Shown here piece after piece: positions 48,160 through 57,062 of a stretch of 64,000 bases of DNA. The stretch comes from an uncultured Gammaproteobacteria bacterium (GTDB lineage: Bacteria > Patescibacteriota > Microgenomatia > UBA8517). Where the stretch lies: contig OZ246419.1 in the NCBI GenBank assembly GCA_965231135.1, positions 641,488-705,487 of the forward strand. The letters are read 5' to 3'. The notes under the pieces were generated by a model. That model was not told where the DNA came from. It saw nothing but the letters and a program-made list of their open reading frames with translations, and did not search any database. Within the stretch, counting starts at the first letter, position 1. Every line of letters starts with the position of its first letter. The position numbers and the translations under genes are program-made.

Positions 48160-49543
48160 TAACAGTATATCCTTTTTGAATTATTTCGTCTCTGATTTTA
48201 TCTGCTTCTTCATAATTTCCAGATTTTCTTAATTCCTCTCTTTTTTGCATTAAATCTTTGATCTCCTGAGGAATTTCTTTTTGTGTAACTTCTTTATTTA
48301 ATTCAAGACCTAAAACTTCGTCAAAATCCATAATTAGATCATATTTATCCTCGGAGGGAATATTTGATTTTAAAACTTCCCAAACTACTGCAAGAGCTTG
48401 CGGCATATTTAAATCATCAGAAATTGCATCTGTAAATTCTTTTCTGTATGCATCAACTTTTGATAATTTTTCTTCAGAAAGAGAATTTCTTTCTTCTTGT
48501 GAACGTAAATTTTGAACCTGAAGTTTCAGTTTATTCAATGCAGCCTGTGCCGCAGACAAAGCTTCCCAGGTGAAATTTAATTGCTTTCTGTAGTGCCCTG
48601 TAAAATAAAAATATCGCAAATCCAAATCATCAAAACCTTTTTCTTCAACATCATGCAATGTATAAGCATTGCCTAAACTTTTTCCCATTCTTCCTCCATC
48701 AACAGTTAAAAATGCTCCATGAACCCAATATTTTACAAAGGGAATTTTACCAGTTGCTCCTTCTGACTGGGCAATTTCATTTGGATGATGAGTGGACCGA
48801 AGGTCTTCGCCGCCTGCGTGAATATCAAACTGCTCTCCTAAATATTTCATGCTCATGGCAGAACACTCAATATGCCAGCCAGGAAAACCAGTTCCCCATG
48901 GGCTTTCCCATTCCATTTGTCTCTTTTCGTCTTTCGGAGAAAATTTCCATAATGCAAAATCTCGAGGATTTTTTTTCTGTGGATTTGGCTCGACTCTTGC
49001 ACCCTCTTTAATTTGATCCAAATTAGACATCTCACCATATTTTTCTCCAGTTTGTTTTTCGAAGGCTACAGTATCAAAATAAATTCCATCACTAATTTTG
49101 TAAGTTAATTTTTTCTTTTCTAATACTTCAATTAATTTTATTTGATCGTCAATGTGATCTGTTGCTTTTGCGATAATATCTGGTTTTTCGATATTTAATT
49201 TAGACAAACTATTTACGAAATCGTCTCCATAAAACTTCGCAATATCCCAGGCTGTTTTATTTTCTTTTTTTGAAGCTTTTTCAAGGCGATCTTCGCCAGT
49301 GTCAGCGTCTCCAGAATTGTCCCCTGTCAAATGACCAACATCTGTGAGATTCATTACATATTTAGTTTCATATCCCAAAAATTTTAATGTTCTTAAAAGC
49401 AAATCAGAGGTTACATAAGTACGATAATTTCCAATTGTGGGATAAGAATAAACTGTCGGGCCGCAAGTATACATTCCAACATGGGGAGGATTTATGGGTT
49501 TGAATTCTTCAACTTTTCTTGAGAGAGAGTTATAAAGTTGCAT
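48140..49543 (-). CDS. cysS: Cysteinyl-tRNA synthetase
   Basis: CGPTVY, TIGN (HIGH-like), DFALWK, PGWHIECSAM, HHPNEIAQ, RMGKS. Confidence 0.97.
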   Translation of the reverse strand: MQLYNSLSRKVEEFKPINPPHVGMYTCGPTVYSYPTIGNYRTYVTSDLLLRTLKFLGYETKYVMNLTDVGHLTGDNSGDADTGEDRLEKASKKENKTAWDIAKFYGDDFVNSLSKLNIEKPDIIAKATDHIDDQIKLIEVLEKKKLTYKISDGIYFDTVAFEKQTGEKYGEMSNLDQIKEGARVEPNPQKKNPRDFALWKFSPKDEKRQMEWESPWGTGFPGWHIECSAMSMKYLGEQFDIHAGGEDLRSTHHPNEIAQSEGATGKIPFVKYWVHGAFLTVDGGRMGKSLGNAYTLHDVEEKGFDDLDLRYFYFTGHYRKQLNFTWEALSAAQAALNKLKLQVQNLRSQEERNSLSEEKLSKVDAYRKEFTDAISDDLNMPQALAVVWEVLKSNIPSEDKYDLIMDFDEVLGLELNKEVTQKEIPQEIKDLMQKREELRKSGNYEEADKIRDEIIQKGYTVNDDKSS

Positions 49544-49547
49544 TTAT

Positions 49548-50273
49548 TTATTTTATATCAGAATCTAATTTAGAAATATATGATATAAGTTTTTCTCTTT
49601 GAACCATTTGCGGTTTTGATAAATTAGAATTTGGAAACGATCTTAGCATTCTTCTTCCAAGAAACAATGTTAACGGTTTAAGGTCAGCTTCTAATTTGTC
49701 GTTTAAATAAGTATAAAAATGTATTGTGTTAAGCGTTTTAATATATTCATCTCTATCTACAGGTCCAATGATAATTATTGGAAGACCGGTTCTGATAGAT
49801 AGTAAAGCGTTTGTTTCTCTAGCGTCTCGACCGTTTCCTTCTCTGAAGGGATGAATGCGTGCCATCCAGTAATGGGTAAATGACATTGTTTCTAAAATTT
49901 TTCCAATTTCAATTCCAGCGACTTTTTTACAATCTATCGCTTTTATTTTTTCATCAGATGCTACTCCTAATTTTTTCATTAAATAAGGAACATCTTCTGG
50001 TTGTGGCGGTGAGACTGGGGATATTGGCATAAAAACGTTTTTTGTTCGATATTCCCCTGCTACAGCATCCAGTCTACCTTTTAATTCTTCTTTTGATACC
50101 AATCTTAAGTTTAAATTTTTGACTATTGTTTCAAAAGCGGGTAAATTAAATTTTTTTGCAACTGAAATAGAATATTGCCTTGCAAGATGAGCTCTGCATA
50201 AAGCTGAAACACTGTCTTTTTTGTTTTCATTCTCAGGTAATCGGTTTCCTTCACTTTCAATTCGTACAATCAT
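49548..50273 (-). CDS. Fic-domain toxin (class I-like)
   Basis: AGEYRT..V flap, HPFREGNGRDAR signature; no internal inhibitory motif seen. Confidence 0.85.
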   Translation of the reverse strand: MIVRIESEGNRLPENENKKDSVSALCRAHLARQYSISVAKKFNLPAFETIVKNLNLRLVSKEELKGRLDAVAGEYRTKNVFMPISPVSPPQPEDVPYLMKKLGVASDEKIKAIDCKKVAGIEIGKILETMSFTHYWMARIHPFREGNGRDARETNALLSIRTGLPIIIIGPVDRDEYIKTLNTIHFYTYLNDKLEADLKPLTLFLGRRMLRSFPNSNLSKPQMVQREKLISYISKLDSDIK

Positions 50274-50482
50274 AAGCCGTATCCTCCTTTAATAACTTTC
50301 AAAAAAATTAACTTTTCGAAAATTTGTTTTTTAAATTCGATTAATTTCATTTCGGTTATAATTTCATCTATTTTTTCTTCGGAAAACACATAATCACCAT
50401 CAATAGCAACTGAACCGATTAATTGAATAAGTTCAGTTGCCTTGGGCGGGATGTCGTTAAACTCCATCTCTACCGAAGACAT
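50270..50482 (-). CDS. Putative VbhA/FicA-like antitoxin
   Basis: 70 aa, SVAIDG resembles (S/T)xxxE(G/N); ATGA overlap with fic. Confidence 0.65.
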   Translation of the reverse strand: MSSVEMEFNDIPPKATELIQLIGSVAIDGDYVFSEEKIDEIITEMKLIEFKKQIFEKLIFLKVIKGGYGL

Positions 50483-50524
50483 CTTTATGCAATTTTACTG
50501 CAAATTGGCTCAACAATAAAGTTT

Positions 50525-51022
50525 TTAGCTTGAGGGGGGCATGCGGGTTTCTACATTCTGCTGATTTCGCTTTTTTACCATTCCGGTAATCATTCCTCTT
50601 GCCTTTTTGCTTATTATTTGAGGAATTCCAGATTCTTTTTTAGAACTTTCTTCCTGTAATTTTCTGTTTTCCATCACTTCTATTTGTGCTTTTAAAACTT
50701 CACGCTGTTCATGGCCTAATTCATTAATATAATTTTCCAGATAAACAGTTTCTCCACCTGCAATCTTTCTCTGCAGTTCTTTAAATAAATTTTCTCTTTT
50801 GATTTCATTTAATTCTTGTTTGTATTCATTAAGAAAACTTAAGTTTTTTGGTCTTTGTCCTTCGACTTCTTTTGGTCGCTCAGGATCTCCGGGTTTCTTT
50901 TCATCCTGAGGGCTTGGCATAATTTGCTCCCCTGCTGTTTTTAAGACTTCGTTTGATTCGCGGGCAACAAGTTTCGCTGCATTAATTGCGATTTGTTTAC
51001 TGCTTTGTGGCAAGCTTGTCAT
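50525..51022 (-). CDS. Hydrophilic hypothetical protein
   Basis: 165 aa charged ORF in recR operon. Confidence 0.65.
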   Translation of the reverse strand: MTSLPQSSKQIAINAAKLVARESNEVLKTAGEQIMPSPQDEKKPGDPERPKEVEGQRPKNLSFLNEYKQELNEIKRENLFKELQRKIAGGETVYLENYINELGHEQREVLKAQIEVMENRKLQEESSKKESGIPQIISKKARGMITGMVKKRNQQNVETRMPPSS

Positions 51023-51629
51023 AAATAAAAAATAAAATAAAAGTTCCTATTAAGGATAAAGCGCCGACCACAATAAATAAATTGGCAAAACCAAGGCTCT
51101 CTGCCAGAACTCCACCAATTAACGCAGCGGCCGCACTTCCCAATTGCCAAAGAGTCGCTGACAAGCTCCAGGCAAACGATTCTTTGTCGCCCACCATGTT
51201 TCTGGTAAAAATTCCCGTCCATGCAGGATATGCTGCACCGCTTCCAATTCCATAAAGAAGCGAAATTATATAAATATGAAGCGGAGTTTTGGCAATTACA
51301 TATAAAAATAAACTTAAACTCATTAATAAACTGCCAAAAAATAAAAACCAAAAATCTATTTTCTCGCCCTTAGTTTTATCAATTAAAATTCCAAGCGGAA
51401 TTTGGATTAAAGATTTTGTTGCTAAATAAATTGAATCAGACAAACCAACAACGACAAGAGTTCCCCCGATAATATTTTTGGTTAGAAAAATTGCAAAGAA
51501 AGGCGCAATTAAGCCATATGAAGAAATTAAAATAAAGTCTGAGAAAACCAAAATATAAATTATTTTATTTAACGATAAAAGATCTTTGAAATCTGGAAGT
51601 TTGGGCAAAAATAATTTTACTGCCTTCAT
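50997..51629 (-). CDS. Half-size (6-TM) MFS transporter
   Basis: 210 aa, GILIDKTKG motif-A-like, GIGSG..YPAW. Confidence 0.8.
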   Translation of the reverse strand: MKAVKLFLPKLPDFKDLLSLNKIIYILVFSDFILISSYGLIAPFFAIFLTKNIIGGTLVVVGLSDSIYLATKSLIQIPLGILIDKTKGEKIDFWFLFFGSLLMSLSLFLYVIAKTPLHIYIISLLYGIGSGAAYPAWTGIFTRNMVGDKESFAWSLSATLWQLGSAAAALIGGVLAESLGFANLFIVVGALSLIGTFILFFIYDKLATKQ

Positions 51630-52240
51630 AATTCTCGACGGCCGGCAAGTGCTTGAGTTAAGGTCAAATCATCCGCAAAACCCAAATCTGCTCCTGTAGG
51701 AATTCCCATACCTAGTCGCGTCACTAAAATTTTATCATTTATATCTTTCAACTTACCACCAATATACATTGCTGTTGCATCACCTTCCATTGTTGGATTA
51801 GTCGCGATAATAACTTCTTTGACGGTATGACCATTGGTCGCTTTGGTGCGTTTAAGTAATGCATCAATATATAATTCGTCGGGGCCAATATTTTCCAGGG
51901 GATTAATGGCGCCGTGTAATACATGATAAAGGCCGTCGTATTTTCCGCCACGCTCAAAAACTAAAATATCAAAAGGCTCTTCAACGACTAAAATTTTTGA
52001 TTGGTCACGCTTATCATCAGCACAAATTGGGCAAGGATTTGTTTCTGAAACATTTTTGCAAATATCACAAACTTTTGTTAATTTTTTTAAATTAGTTAGA
52101 GAATCTGCAAAGAATTGTATTTCGCTTTGAGGAACACGAAGCATATAAAAAGTTAATCGCTCGGCAGTTTTCGGGCCAACTCCTGGCAGCTTTTCAAAAG
52201 ACTCAATTAGATCTGATAGTGGTTTTGCGATTTTGGGCAC
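51626..52240 (-). CDS. recR: Recombination protein RecR
   Basis: LPGVGPKTAERL, C4 zinc finger, YHVLHG, ATNPTMEGDAT. Confidence 0.97.
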   Translation of the reverse strand: MPKIAKPLSDLIESFEKLPGVGPKTAERLTFYMLRVPQSEIQFFADSLTNLKKLTKVCDICKNVSETNPCPICADDKRDQSKILVVEEPFDILVFERGGKYDGLYHVLHGAINPLENIGPDELYIDALLKRTKATNGHTVKEVIIATNPTMEGDATAMYIGGKLKDINDKILVTRLGMGIPTGADLGFADDLTLTQALAGRREL

Positions 52241-52301
52241 AAATTATTTTAACAGAATGTTGTTGACAATGTAAAAATAAGTTATATATTTGCATTACAT
52301 T

Positions 52302-53282
52302 GTGTCAAAAGAGATTCTCTCACAAGAATTTTTAAAACATGCCTCAATTGCCCTTCTTGTTTCGACTTTAACTTTTGGATTTATTAACGAAACTCATGCT
52401 GATCTTTCGCCAGAAAATTGTAGTTCTCTTCTTTCTCCAAACCTTCCTCAAAAAGGAGAAGCTGAAGTTGTTATTCCTTCGTTAGATGTACGAGATGGCA
52501 ATTTGAACATTGTTGGCCAGTTACAAGAAGGAGATAAAATAAACATAATTTACGGCCCTATTTGCATGACAACAAAAGATGAAGGTTCTTTGAATTTTTA
52601 TGAAACAAATTACGGACAGTATGTTCCTGATGCTGATAATTCTCATTATTTTTTACAAGATGCAAACCCTCAATCAGAAATTCCGACAGCTATTGCAAAT
52701 AATATTCAAGATCAACAACCTGAAGGGATTGATTGTCCTGCAGAAAGAGACGGAAATTTGTTTGTAATGACAGAAAACGAACCAGTTATTCCACACATAA
52801 CAAATAGTAAGCTTGAAGAAGTGTTAAATGTGATTGCCGAATCTCGTGCTAATTTAGGAAAATCCCATTATGATGAGACAGTTTTGGGTTTTTATACAAA
52901 TCTTGATGACCTGACAAAAGCTGCAGGTTTTAATATTGGGAAATCTTGGGATTACATTCATTCTTTTAGAACTGTTGTTTATTCGTGGTCTGATAAAAAA
53001 TGCAGTTTTGATGAAATAACTAATAAAGGTGTAAATTTTGTTATGATAAAAATCCCTTATTCACCAAATTCCAATTCAGGCAATCTTTCGGCCATATATT
53101 TTGAATTATTAGAGAGAGAATTTGCAAATACCATTCCTACAGTTAATGATGGACCGATTGCAAACAACGAAGAAGAAATTGGCAGAAACGCTTATTTACG
53201 AAGTTGTGGAAAAATATCTTCTGATAGCGCTTCAGCAAGTGAATGCAGACAAATTTCCAATATTATTTATAGTAGCAATTAA
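52302..53282 (+). CDS. Secreted hypothetical orphan (SH3-like N-domain possible)
   Basis: Likely GTG start (MSKE), signal peptide, LDVRDG...VGQLQEGD. Confidence 0.65.
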   Translation: MSKEILSQEFLKHASIALLVSTLTFGFINETHADLSPENCSSLLSPNLPQKGEAEVVIPSLDVRDGNLNIVGQLQEGDKINIIYGPICMTTKDEGSLNFYETNYGQYVPDADNSHYFLQDANPQSEIPTAIANNIQDQQPEGIDCPAERDGNLFVMTENEPVIPHITNSKLEEVLNVIAESRANLGKSHYDETVLGFYTNLDDLTKAAGFNIGKSWDYIHSFRTVVYSWSDKKCSFDEITNKGVNFVMIKIPYSPNSNSGNLSAIYFELLEREFANTIPTVNDGPIANNEEEIGRNAYLRSCGKISSDSASASECRQISNIIYSSN

Positions 53283-53563
53283 AATCCCTTGAGAAGATTT
53301 GAGAGCCCGCCTTCTTCCATCATTTTTTTTGCACTGTCTTTTTGAACGTTATCAAGAGCTTCATTAATTGCCTTGACTAATTCAGGTTGTGCTTCGCCAT
53401 CCATTTCAATATATTCAACTTTTTGATCTCCTGTTACTTTAATAGTCCATTTGCCTTTTTTTAAGGTATGACTAATCGCTTTAAGTTTTTTTTGCATCTC
53501 AAGAGCTTGAGATCGCATTTTTCTTAATTCATTTAATTGTCCTATTTGATCAAACGGTCCCAT
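53279..53563 (-). CDS. ybaB: YbaB/EbfC nucleoid-associated protein
   Basis: MQKKL, IKVTGDQKV, AINEA; dnaX-ybaB-recR neighbourhood. Confidence 0.85.
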   Translation of the reverse strand: MGPFDQIGQLNELRKMRSQALEMQKKLKAISHTLKKGKWTIKVTGDQKVEYIEMDGEAQPELVKAINEALDNVQKDSAKKMMEEGGLSNLLKGF

Positions 53564-53570
53564 ATTTTAT

Positions 53571-53702
53571 TTATTGTGTATCAAACAATCTGCTTGCTGC
53601 GTGATTTGCAATATATGTTTGATTTTTAACTGCAAAAATCACCAGTACCAGAGAAATAATTAAACAGAATAAGATAATAATATAGAGCAGTTTTTTATTC
53701 AT
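53571..53702 (-). CDS. 43-aa single-TM peptide (absent from ORF track)
   Basis: MNKKLLYIIILFCLIISLVLVIFAVKNQTYIANHAASRLFDTQ fills the dnaX-ybaB gap. Confidence 0.55.
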   Translation of the reverse strand: MNKKLLYIIILFCLIISLVLVIFAVKNQTYIANHAASRLFDTQ

Positions 53703-53713
53703 CTAAAATTTCT

Positions 53714-55219
53714 TTATCCAAAGATCTCTTTGGCTGCATCAATTATATCTTTGTCTACTTTTGGCGTCAAATCCGGTTTTGATAGATTTGTTTCTTCAAT
53801 TTTTCTTGCTATTTTTGGTTTTTCAAGTAACTCTAAATTTATTTTTATGGAATCTATACCAAAAGTCTCAACACAAACTTTTTCAAGAACTATTTTGTTT
53901 TTATTTTCTTCAAGTTTATCCTTATGAAACTGATAATAAACTCCAAGATTCAAAACATTTCCGTCATATCCAAGAGGCTTTGCAGCGCGAAGAAGAGCTT
54001 CAATACCAAAATTTTTATTGCGAGAGTTTTCGATTAACTTTGCCCAGGTTGTTTCATCCAAAGACTTTAAGGCAACTTTTTTTCCTTCGACTCCCCGTTC
54101 GACTTCGCTCAGGGTTCGCTCAGGATTTTCAATTTTTGGTTCAGTTTTTATTTCAATTAATGGTTTTTTAATTTTTTTTTCTTCAGCAGGTTCTGATTTT
54201 TGTTCACCACAAAATTTTATAATTGCGATTTCAAAGGGAAGATGATTTATTGGAGAATTCTGGATTAAACTTTCTGAAATTAAATTATTTAAATTAATTA
54301 ATTCTTCAAGAGAAAAATTGGCAAGATTATCTTCTCCTAAATTATTTTTTCCTAAAATACTTTGATGAATATTTTCTAAAATTTCTGTTGTTAAATTTTT
54401 AATTTGTCCGCCGTTTTTAATAAAATTTTCTATAAACTCTAAAATATTTTTGGTATTTCTTGTTTCTAATATTTGGAAAAATTCTAAAGAGCTATTTGCT
54501 GAAGTTTGAAATAAATTATCGACATCAGCTTCTTTAATATCTTTAGTTTTAAAACTTAAGGTTTCTAAAATTTTTACAGCGTCTCTGAAACTTCCGTCTG
54601 CAAACTTACTTATTTTTTCAATTGCTTTATCTTCAATTTTTATATTTTCTCCTTTTGCTACACGATTTAATTGGCGAGAGATATCTTTTACTGAAGCTTT
54701 TGTAAAATTAATTTGAGTCAATCTTGAGATAACGGTTTGAGGAAGTTTTTCAGGATTTGTTGTTGCTAAAATAAAAATAACATGGGCAGGAGGTTCTTCT
54801 AATGTTTTTAAAAATGCATTTGCTGCTTCTAAAGTAAGCATGTGAGCTTCATCAATAATATAAATTTTTTTCTTTGAAGAAACTGGAGCAAGATAAACTC
54901 CTTCTTTTAGGGCGCGGATGTCGTCAATTCCGCGATTGCTTGCAGCATCTAATTCAATAATATCCATACTATTTCCATTTGTAATTGATAAACAAGAAGT
55001 ACAAGAGTTACACGGCTCGCCGTCTTTAGTGAGATTAGTGCAATTTATTATTTTTGCTAAAATGCGAGCGGCTGAAGTTTTTCCAGTTCCTTTTGGGCCT
55101 GAAAATAAAAATGCATGAGGAATGTTTCCTGAAGATAAAATATTTTTTAAATTAGTCCGGACTGATTCTAAATCAAGTTCATCAAGAGTTTGAGGACGAT
55201 ATTTAAGATATAAAGTCAT
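53714..55219 (-). CDS. dnaX: DNA polymerase III gamma/tau
   Basis: KYRPQT, GPKGTGKTS, C4 Zn, DAASNRG, IIDEAHML, LKTLEEPP. Confidence 0.97.
   Translation of the reverse strand: MTLYLKYRPQTLDELDLESVRTNLKNILSSGNIPHAFLFSGPKGTGKTSAARILAKIINCTNLTKDGEPCNSCTSCLSITNGNSMDIIELDAASNRGIDDIRALKEGVYLAPVSSKKKIYIIDEAHMLTLEAANAFLKTLEEPPAHVIFILATTNPEKLPQTVISRLTQINFTKASVKDISRQLNRVAKGENIKIEDKAIEKISKFADGSFRDAVKILETLSFKTKDIKEADVDNLFQTSANSSLEFFQILETRNTKNILEFIENFIKNGGQIKNLTTEILENIHQSILGKNNLGEDNLANFSLEELINLNNLISESLIQNSPINHLPFEIAIIKFCGEQKSEPAEEKKIKKPLIEIKTEPKIENPERTLSEVERGVEGKKVALKSLDETTWAKLIENSRNKNFGIEALLRAAKPLGYDGNVLNLGVYYQFHKDKLEENKNKIVLEKVCVETFGIDSIKINLELLEKPKIARKIEETNLSKPDLTPKVDKDIIDAAKEIFG
54084..54125. repeat. 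Nested REP-like palindromic element inside dnaX
   Basis: ccttcgact-ccccg-ttcgacttcgctcagggt-tcgctcagga. Confidence 0.8.
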
Positions 55220-55271
55220 TTGAGATTCAAGTTAACACTTAAAAGTTTTTTGGTAAAGAGATCTAAAGACG

Positions 55272-55610
55272 TCAATTTACTTTTTCAAAAATTGTATCCA
55301 GAAAATCGCGAAACACATCCAAGTCTTCTCCTTCCAGTTTAAATGACGCGCTAGAAAAATGCCTTGCGACTATAAATATTGATCTTTTATTTGGGCCATA
55401 TATAGGTAAATTCAGATAAATCATTCCCATTTCTTGAAGTTCTTCTAGAATTTCTTTTGGGGCAAACCACTCGTATTCTCCTTCGCCAAGGTCCAGCAAG
55501 ACTGCGCAAGGAGTGTTCTGCTGCAAATATTCAGCTGCCTTTATATCAAGAAGGTATTTGGTTGGATGGTCATCCAATTTCATCAATGCAGCACGAATAT
55601 TTTCGGTCAT
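55272..55610 (-). CDS. Hypothetical orphan protein
   Basis: Start MTEN overlapping ybeY stop (TGATG). Confidence 0.6.
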   Translation of the reverse strand: MTENIRAALMKLDDHPTKYLLDIKAAEYLQQNTPCAVLLDLGEGEYEWFAPKEILEELQEMGMIYLNLPIYGPNKRSIFIVARHFSSASFKLEGEDLDVFRDFLDTIFEKVN

Positions 55611-55993
55611 CAATGATGGATTCCTACTAAGTGCAGGCATCCGTGTTCAACTAATTCCCCAACTAAATCATCTATCAATTTATTTTTTTCGTTTGCTTCT
55701 TCTAAAACAAACGGGTAACTTATTACTATTTGCCCTAAATGAATTTTTCCATCTGGAGGAAATTCAAAATTACCATCCTGCAAACTTTCCGGAAAAGTAA
55801 AAATTGGATGCTCGTAAACTTCGTCTTTGTAATATTTTTCGTTTAATTCGTCCATTTTTTCTTTGCCAACAATTGAAATTTCAAGTTCTGAATCAGATAT
55901 GATTCCATTTGCTTCCAAAGTTTTAGTGGCAATTTCTTTGATTTTTTTGGTCGAAACAGGATAATTGCCTTTTGTTACAGTGATTTCAATCAT
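55610..55993 (-). CDS. ybeY: rRNA maturation endoribonuclease YbeY
   Basis: MDELNEKY, LGQIVIS, HGCLHLVGIHH (H3xH5xH). Confidence 0.9.
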   Translation of the reverse strand: MIEITVTKGNYPVSTKKIKEIATKTLEANGIISDSELEISIVGKEKMDELNEKYYKDEVYEHPIFTFPESLQDGNFEFPPDGKIHLGQIVISYPFVLEEANEKNKLIDDLVGELVEHGCLHLVGIHH

Positions 55994-56434
55994 TTATATT
56001 GAGAGTTTTTGCTTGACTATAATTGAGACGCGGGCGCCGTCTGCATTTCCTTTTGATTTTTCGCGAACCAAACTCATAACTTTTCCCATATCTTTAATAT
56101 CTTTTGCACCGGACTCTGCAATTGCTTCATCGACAAATTGTTGCAATTCCTGATCTGTTAATTCTGCTGGCAAAAATTCTTTTAAGATTTTTAATTCATT
56201 TACTTCAGTGTCAGCTTTGTCTTGTAATCCTGCCTTTAGATAGCTTTCTATTGCATCTCTTCTTTTCTTAGCTTCTTTTTTAACAACATCAAGTTCTTCT
56301 TCGTTCGTCATATTTGGATGGTCAATTTGGAAATTGTGAATTTCTGCAGACAAAAGTTTTAAGGTTGAAACACGCACTTCATCGTGCGCTTTCATTGCCT
56401 CAACTATTTGATTATTTAAATTATCTATAATCAT
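55994..56434 (-). CDS. yqeY: GatB/YqeY domain protein
   Basis: EAMKAHD, KKRRDAIESY, FLPAEL, KDMGKVM. Confidence 0.92.
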   Translation of the reverse strand: MIIDNLNNQIVEAMKAHDEVRVSTLKLLSAEIHNFQIDHPNMTNEEELDVVKKEAKKRRDAIESYLKAGLQDKADTEVNELKILKEFLPAELTDQELQQFVDEAIAESGAKDIKDMGKVMSLVREKSKGNADGARVSIIVKQKLSI

Positions 56435-56646
56435 TTTAGTTCGCTTCTTTTTTGATATTCTCTTTGTAAATCTTCTAATCTTTGCTCATCTTTAATATTT
56501 TCAGATATAATTTGGGCTTCTGTATCTTGCGGCGAACCAAAATTGATTGGTAATTGTGAAATTACAGCGCCAGCGCCAGCTGCTACTAAAGAGCCACCAA
56601 TAATAAATAAAAAATCTCTTCTAGAAATGTTTCTTCTAATTTCCAT
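56431..56646 (-). CDS. Small protein with twin-arginine-like signal
   Basis: SRRDFL followed by hydrophobic stretch. Confidence 0.6.
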   Translation of the reverse strand: MEIRRNISRRDFLFIIGGSLVAAGAGAVISQLPINFGSPQDTEAQIISENIKDEQRLEDLQREYQKRSELK

Positions 56647-56648
56647 AT

Positions 56649-56999
56649 TTATATTTTGCTTTCCGCTTTATTATTATGATCTAATTCACGACCTGCAAGC
56701 AAATGCCAATGAATATGAGGAACTGATTGGTATTTTCCTCCATTAAAAATTAATTTATAACCTCCTGATAAATTTTTATCAGTTATCATTTTTTGTGCAG
56801 CTTTACACATTTGCATAAAAACATCTTTATGTTTTTCTTCAAGATCCATAAAACTTGTAATATGAATTTTGGGAATAATTAAGAGATGAGTACTTGTAGC
56901 TGGCTCGATGCTAGCAAAAACGGCTACAGAATCGTTTTCAAATTTAATATTAGACTTTGCTTCATGATTTGCAATTTTACAAAAAATACAATCAGACAT
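56649..56999 (-). CDS. HIT family nucleotide-binding protein
   Basis: CIFCKI, HLLIIPK, VPHIHWHLL. Confidence 0.95.
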   Translation of the reverse strand: MSDCIFCKIANHEAKSNIKFENDSVAVFASIEPATSTHLLIIPKIHITSFMDLEEKHKDVFMQMCKAAQKMITDKNLSGGYKLIFNGGKYQSVPHIHWHLLAGRELDHNNKAESKI

Positions 57000-57062
57000 G
57001 AAGATATTATAACATTACATCTTGCATATATAAATTAATTTTTAATGAGATAATATATACAT

